A stretch of DNA of 64,000 nt, taken from contig DF237146.1 in the NCBI GenBank assembly GCA_000708835.1, forward strand, positions 62,001-126,000, read 5' to 3'. The notes beneath the pieces are model-generated. The model was not told the DNA's origin, did not search any database, and saw only the letters and a program-made list of their open reading frames with translations. This document shows, in pieces, positions 58,555 through 64,000 of this stretch. The DNA comes from Klebsormidium nitens (lineage: Eukaryota; Plantae; Klebsormidiophyceae). Within the stretch, counting starts at the first letter, position 1, and each line of letters opens with the position of its first letter. The position numbers were made by a program, and so were the translations under genes.

Positions 58555-58895
58555 CTCGGACCGGCCGGCCGACGGCTGGCCGCGACGTCGTCAACGCGCG
58601 GGCACGCTACCGAAAGGACATGACATCAAGCGCCGCGCGTGGCCGCGTTCTGGCGCAGCGTGGAAGGGCCGTCGCGAACGCGCAGCCGCGCGCGTCGGCG
58701 TCGGCACTGCCTTGAAATGGCGCCGCCGCGGTTATCCGGTCGCCGGGTAGTAGCGCGCGCTAGACGCGGCCCCCACTTTCCCACCGCGACTGCACTCGCG
58801 GCCGCTCGAGCGCCCACCAGACTAGATCGACCCTACCTAAGTTGGCGACGCGCTAGAGCAAACAGGTTTAAAGCCTGGCCTCGGGCCGCCTGCTA
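58555..58895. promoter_or_regulatory. CGCG-rich island upstream of member 8
   Basis: Dense CGCG. GCGGCCGCTCGAGCGCCCACCA at 58798-58819 is identical to 63610-63631 upstream of member 10. Confidence 0.5.
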
Positions 58896-58944
58896 AACAA
58901 ATCGAAGCGTTGGCTTTTGCCAGGCAGCTGGGACAGCGCCAAAT

Positions 58945-59871
58945 ATGGAAGATCTTCCCAGCGACTTACTTTTGATCGTCCTTCGCAAGCTAGCGGCTCA
59001 GGACCCCATCTCTTTGCTGCGGGCCACGTGCGCCTGCAAGCTGATTCTTCGGGTGACTGAGGAGAACCCAATCGTCTGGAAGGAAGCGTTTCTTGGGTCG
59101 GCGCCCACTGAACAAAACACGGGCGGTCTTGATGCTTACGTCACGTGTGCTGAGCTGGATGAGCGGGTGGATCGGCTGGGAGGGTATAAGCAGCTAGCGC
59201 TGATCAAAGCAGGTCGTCAGGGATTGTCCAATTCAAAAGTGGGGTCTGCTCTTCAAGAAAGCATCAGCAGCAAATTAGATGCCGACTTCGAGAGCAACCT
59301 TTTCCGGTTTCTGGCTGTCTTTAGACAGCGAGGCCATCTTCTTTGGGCTGCCGGTTACACTGAGAAGCCAAAGTCACTCACCGACTATTTAGCCTTTGTT
59401 CAGCTACCAGAGAAAGGCGACGGTAATTCTGGTGGAGCCTGTAGAATTCAAACTTTGAGTGTTCTCGACCTTGTCCCAGTCTACTTACCTGCTTCATGCA
59501 ACAAGCTGGCAGCAAATCGGTCAGCAGGTACACGAAGAGGCATAAACGCGGAAGGAGAGAGTCTGGAAGATTTCAAGAATGGGAAGATTAACGTAGAGGT
59601 CTTTATATCGCTAAACAGAGGTTCCGTCCATCCGAGCAAGGTTTTCTCGCAAAGCTTCAGGCCTTGGCCATGGGATAGCAGAATTCTCATCGACCGCGAC
59701 GCCTCTACCAAATCTGTGGCAGTAGCCGAAGCACAGGGGTTCTTCATCTTCGAAGACCCTGACCGACTTCAAAATGACTGGCTGTTCAAGTTTACAGTAA
59801 TGATTGCGGCGGCTGGGATCCTTGGCAAGGCGCTACAGCATATGCGGGGGTGGATCTTGGGACATCCGTAA
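58945..59871 (+). CDS. F-box-like family member 8, intronless, 308 aa, intact, with a hydrophobic C-terminal segment
   Basis: MEDLPSDLLLIVLRKLAAQDPISLLRATCACK...VWKEAFLG...LGGYKQL...FLAVFRQRGHLLWAAG...GKINVEVF...WLFKFTVMIAAAGILGKAL. Confidence 0.8.
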   Translation: MEDLPSDLLLIVLRKLAAQDPISLLRATCACKLILRVTEENPIVWKEAFLGSAPTEQNTGGLDAYVTCAELDERVDRLGGYKQLALIKAGRQGLSNSKVGSALQESISSKLDADFESNLFRFLAVFRQRGHLLWAAGYTEKPKSLTDYLAFVQLPEKGDGNSGGACRIQTLSVLDLVPVYLPASCNKLAANRSAGTRRGINAEGESLEDFKNGKINVEVFISLNRGSVHPSKVFSQSFRPWPWDSRILIDRDASTKSVAVAEAQGFFIFEDPDRLQNDWLFKFTVMIAAAGILGKALQHMRGWILGHP

Positions 59872-60879
59872 TCTGTTCTTAGCTCCTTGATAAGATAAGA
59901 TTAGTTTCAAGAAAGGTGCTGTGTTCATTTCTGAGCGAGCTCTCATGACAGATTCAATCTGCTCTTTGCTCCGTTGAGCTCAATCGATAGAACTTGGATT
60001 CAAGACGTACATGTGATATTCTGATGACTGGACTTGTTATCTGATACACGAGAGTTCTTGACGAGTAAAGGAAAAGTGGCACTATTCTCCGGGCATGGAT
60101 GCGACAGGAAAACAATGGGGATGTTTGCAGCAGCCTAAGTTAAAATGTGCCCAATAATACTGACCGTTCGTACCCGTCCGCTTTCAGCGGTAACGGGCCG
60201 AGACTTGGTTGGTGTCCCAGTGAATCAAATATTTACATGAGCGCTTTTGCTGCTAATGGAAGTGCATAATTGAGGAGCAGCCGTTTGGTACTGCAGAACA
60301 CGCTTCTCAACAAACATCAAATGCTCGATCGCGCATATTCTTCCCTCGTTTTCCCTCTCAGCAGCTCGACTAATTGTTTGTCTAGCTCGCGCAACATCGA
60401 TCGGTGGGCGACAGCAAGATTTGTGACCATCACGAAATTGCACGTTGAACGGATTTCTTTCTGTTTTGCAACATTAGGCGCTTGGCATCTTCCCGGAAAA
60501 TTGTACTGCGCGTAAAACGAAGAAGTTCCTTACATCTAGCTCGCCCTTTTGACATTCGCATCCAATCCTGCATGTTTTATGTTTTGTGGGCAGTATCGTA
60601 CCATTACGCATGCGCAACATGACGAGTGTGAGATCTTCTGCTATCGACGACCGTGTGACAGGCTACTGAGGGTGACAACAGCAGAACACCGATCCACATT
60701 CAACACCTATATTAGTATCTGTACTGGCACGATACTGTTTGCTTAGCCTCAAGCAAAACACAGTTTGGCACCTTGGAAACAGGTTCGTCGGAGGCAAAGG
60801 AATGAGAGCCGAATGACAGCAACTTAGGCGCTTCGTCTTTGCTCTCAGACGAGTGAGAGTGAGCCTGTCTGGGAACGTG

Positions 60880-61065
60880 CTTCGCGGCCGCGTGCCAGCT
60901 GGCGGCGGCCGCCGCGCCACTGGTCCGGTCAATCACGTCCGACCGTGACGCGGCCGCGCGGACGCGCGCATGCAACTAGTCACACGCGGAAAGCGCCCGC
61001 CGCGGCCGCGCCGCGGCCCTACGTGTTCCGCCCGACGTACTGACTCTCTCCCACCGCGGCCGCGA
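60880..61065. promoter_or_regulatory. CGCGGCCGCG-rich island upstream of member 9
   Basis: About five GCGGCCGC sites (60885, 60905, 60950, 61000, 61056), 150-330 bp upstream of ATG 61212. Confidence 0.5.
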
Positions 61066-61211
61066 CAATACCAGAGCGGCGCTGTTTTTCAGTTGACAAA
61101 GATGCACGCCATCAGACTCAGCAGAAGGGTAGCCGCACTCACGCTTGCGTGGAGACTCTGCTCAGTAAGGTGGGCTTCTTATGATCCGCCACCAGGTCAT
61201 ACATCCAAGGC

Positions 61212-62260
61212 ATGGAGCGCCTTCCAAGCGACGTGGTCCTGGCAATTTTGTTCAAGCTAGCGGTGCAGGACCCCCTTTCTTTACTGCGGGCGACCCTAGT
61301 CAGCAAGTCGATCTTTGAACTGACGAATAAGACTCCTGCCATCTGGGGAGAAGCCTTCTTTGCGCCTTATCGTCAAGACATGACAACGATTCCGTTTGTA
61401 GATATGGAATATCTGGACGCTGCAACTGTTGAGCACGGCGGGTACAAGCCGCTAGTGTTAGCGAAAGCCAGGCAATCGCAATCAGCGGCGAAACAAGGAG
61501 GTTTTACAACAAACCAGAAACATTCACGTTCTGGTTTTGAACAAATCAGGAAACGCATCTTGCTCCAAGGAAGGTGTACCTTGTTCCCCAAGTCAAAGGT
61601 AGTCCATCAGAAGAAAGCTAGACTTTTGTAGCTGCAGAGTCAGGATAAGAGTTTGTTCAAGGCCAGCAGGTGGGTCCGCATGACAGCACACGCCCTTTCG
61701 ATCGATCCTACATGCTTCATTCTCATATGTGGATCCTCGCCGTCCGTTCGTCCCTTATGGAAGTGCTACGTTGATCTGCATGTGACAGCGTTCCTCGAAG
61801 TAACCAACCTGCTGTCACTTCAGTAGCGATGTGTTGTTTGGGTCCCCGTATCCGGTTTGAAAAAAGTACAGTCTCGTATCTTGGGGACAAGGGCCGTGTT
61901 GCGATTGTAAGCGGAAGTCTAGGAGCACGCGCGCAGTTACCCGTTTCGATTACTTTAAGATACGCATCCGTGAATGTGCTGGACGAGGTCTTCAGCATTC
62001 CTTTCCTTTCTTCAGTATCTCAGCACGGTATCGACTTACGTCGTTCATGCTTAAAACCCTTGAGCGGCCCCAGACTGTTTGTTATCATCAGGTTGAACTT
62101 GCACACGAGAGGGTTTGAATTTCACTTGACTTCAAACGCACTGAAAGTTTGCCAGCAAGCCGCTCTGCCGCGTTTCAGCTCGTTTCCTAATTCACACAGT
62201 TCATTACGTTGGAATTCCACGCATGCAGAATCTACTTTCGTGGGCAGAAACCCAATCTAA
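61212..62260 (+). pseudogene. F-box-like family member 9, premature stop at 61629-61631
   Basis: MERLPSDVVLAILFKLAVQDPLSLLRATLVSK...IWGEAFF...GGYKPL...GFEQIRKRILL, closest to member 1. Homology appears to continue past the TAG (ARLL*LQSQDKSLF versus ARYVYLFRLRGRLF). The 3' limit is uncertain. Confidence 0.7.
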
Positions 62261-62379
62261 TAGAGTGACGGGAGTAGCACCCTAAGATAAATCAGCGAGT
62301 CATGTATGGAATTCGTCAACAAGGGGTCAACAAAAACGCGCCTGTGGTACCATCAAATTACAGTTGAATAGAAAGTCAC

Positions 62380-62488
62380 ATAAGGCGTTTTGGCATCTTG
62401 AAAGGCGGGAGAAGAAAGGAAAGCGAGGCTGAGTTCCTTTTCATGCTTATGGGTCAGTATAATAAGACGTCTTTGGAAGGTTGGCGAT
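62380..62488 (-). pseudogene. Possible highly decayed F-box-like relic next to GC island 62515-62595
   Basis: Minus strand GGCATCGCCAACCTTCCAAAGACGTCTTATTATAC...AAGC resembles GGCATGGAGAATCTTCCGAACGACGTACTTTTGATC...AAGC of member 10. Confidence 0.35.
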
Positions 62489-63090
62489 GCCAGACGTTGA
62501 GAAAGGAGGTGCCCGAACGGCGCGCGGCCGCGTTCCTGGGGCGGCAGCTGGCGCCGCGCGCGAGCCCCAGATGCAGGATCGCAAGCGTGCGCGCAACCAG
62601 GCGCGAGCGTCCCCGCAACTAAGACGTACTACTCAGCTATACATAAACCCGCGTAGCATGTTCCAGTGGGCATTGCGAGATACCCATGATCAATCCGATT
62701 ATAATTTCCAGCTACATATTCAACCATTATGCGCTGCTCCGTCACAACTGGATGCATGTCTGTCGCGTGTTGGATTTGCACTTTCAAGCTCGACAACCTA
62801 TAGGTACATGATTGGCACTGTTTGAATCAAAGCGGTTCTATAGCTTGAGGCTTTGCGTCGCCCGTTCTTTATTCCGAGCGCTACTGTTTCGAGTGACCAG
62901 TTACCTGCCAACGCTTACGTTTAAGTGGCGCAAAGCGGATACAGCAACCGTCATGAGTTTGTTTCTCGGTCTTTCCCAACGAGCCGTCAGAATCTGTGGC
63001 AGCCCGGCCGCTTTGCAGAACCTCAGTGAGAAGCTTCGTAAGAAGCTTCGACCTGGGCCATGTTCATGCCACCGCGGGGGCGGCCGGACG

Positions 63091-63190
63091 ACCAAGTGGC
63101 TTTTACAATAACACAAAGTAGCTTTTTCACACCGACCACAAGTGGCTTTTCTACACGGACCACAAGCGGATATTCACACCGACCACAATC
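63091..63190 (+). repeat. Degenerate minisatellite, about 4 copies of a 23-25 bp unit
   Basis: Units resembling ACAAGTGGCTTTTC(T)ACACCGACC repeat in tandem without unique spacers. Confidence 0.7.
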
Positions 63191-63548
63191 AGGGACCTGA
63201 AGCCGGGCTGCAAGTCGCCTCCACTTCCGAGCGGCTTTTGCAACTTTAGCTAGCTAGGATTAAGAGCTGGGTCTGCGAACTCGTTCTCTAACTCGGCACT
63301 TGCGTAGTTAAGTGTTGATGATTGAAACTTCCTCGAAGCGGCAAGTCGGTGACCGACGATTAGGCTTGGGCTTTGCAGACCTCCGAAAGCCTTAAACTTG
63401 TATCTTGCTTCGCAAGCTGAGCGGCCGAGGACCCAAGTCGGAATCCTTGTTTCAGGCTTCGGCACCTGCAAGCTCTTCATTTTGAACGGCAGTTATTTTT
63501 CATCCCCAGGCACATGCAGGAACGGCGTGTGTCTAAGAAAGCGCGCTG

Positions 63549-63606
63549 GACGCGGCCGCGTTTTCGGCCGTGGTCGTGACGCGGCCGCGTTTTCGGCCGT
63601 GGTCGT
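63549..63606 (+). repeat. Perfect 29-bp tandem duplication containing CGCGGCCGCG, upstream of member 10
   Basis: GACGCGGCCGCGTTTTCGGCCGTGGTCGT at 63549-63577 and 63578-63606, followed by a third CCGCGGCCGC. Confidence 0.9.
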
Positions 63607-63783
63607 ACCGCGGCCGCTCGAGCGCCCACCAAACTTATTCATCTTCAATATTGCAAGACGTCATGTGAACAAACCGCACTGCCAAGCGAGACCTTATAGC
63701 GGGTGCCACATGTGGCGACGATGCTTCAAGCACGGTGCTTCAAGTAGACAAGTTGTCTACCTTGAACGTCAGCGGGGCCGGGC

Positions 63784-64000
63784 ATGGAGAATCTTCCGAA
63801 CGACGTACTTTTGATCGTCGTTCGCAAGCTAGCGGCTCAGGACCCCGTCTCCTTGCTGAGAGCCACTTGCTCCTGCAAGCATTTACTTCGGGTAACGGAG
63901 GGGAACCGCGTCGTGTGGAAAGAGGCGTTTCTTGGGTCGGCGCCCACTGAACAAAACACGGAGGTTCGCGATGCTTACGTCACTTGTGCTGAGCTGGATG
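63784..64000 (+). CDS. F-box-like family member 10, 5' part (runs off window end)
   Basis: MENLPNDVLLIVVRKLAAQDPVSLLRATCSCKHLLRVTEGNRVVWKEAFLGSAPTEQNTEVRDAYVTCAELD; near-identical to member 8. Not listed in the supplied ORF track. Confidence 0.85.
   Translation, partial: MENLPNDVLLIVVRKLAAQDPVSLLRATCSCKHLLRVTEGNRVVWKEAFLGSAPTEQNTEVRDAYVTCAELD

Noticed and set aside
63091-63190. Short repeats as a CRISPR-like array
   Set aside because: Units are adjacent and degenerate with no unique spacers, there are no cas genes, and the context is eukaryotic.

Overview
Eukaryotic genomic DNA with many GT-AG introns and GC-rich exons. The intron style and gene content suggest a streptophyte green alga such as Klebsormidium (inference, not a database hit). 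The left two-thirds (1-41.2 kb) holds five multi-exon genes that I assembled by hand with consistent splice phases: (1) a secreted Cys-rich protein (minus, runs off the window start); (2) an IU-type nucleoside hydrolase whose first exon carries an in-frame Ty3/Gypsy-type integrase H2C2 zinc-binding domain but no integrase core; (3) a PHD/zinc-knuckle/TFIIS-M/SPOC protein of the PHF3/DIDO/BYE1 type; (4) a small LRR protein; (5) a purple acid phosphatase with an AGP-like N-terminus. Four introns in three of these genes contain serially duplicated splice-site modules. The right third (42.8-64 kb) is an accessory region: an array of about 12 intronless paralogs or relics of an F-box-like family with an unrecognised C-terminal region. 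Roughly one third have uninterrupted ORFs and the rest are frameshifted or decayed. Most are preceded by a GC island rich in the palindrome CGCGGCCGCG. A multi-pass membrane protein gene broken by a 14-bp duplication sits inside the array. No rRNA, tRNA, CRISPR array or intact transposon could be supported. All analysis was by eye, with no searches run.
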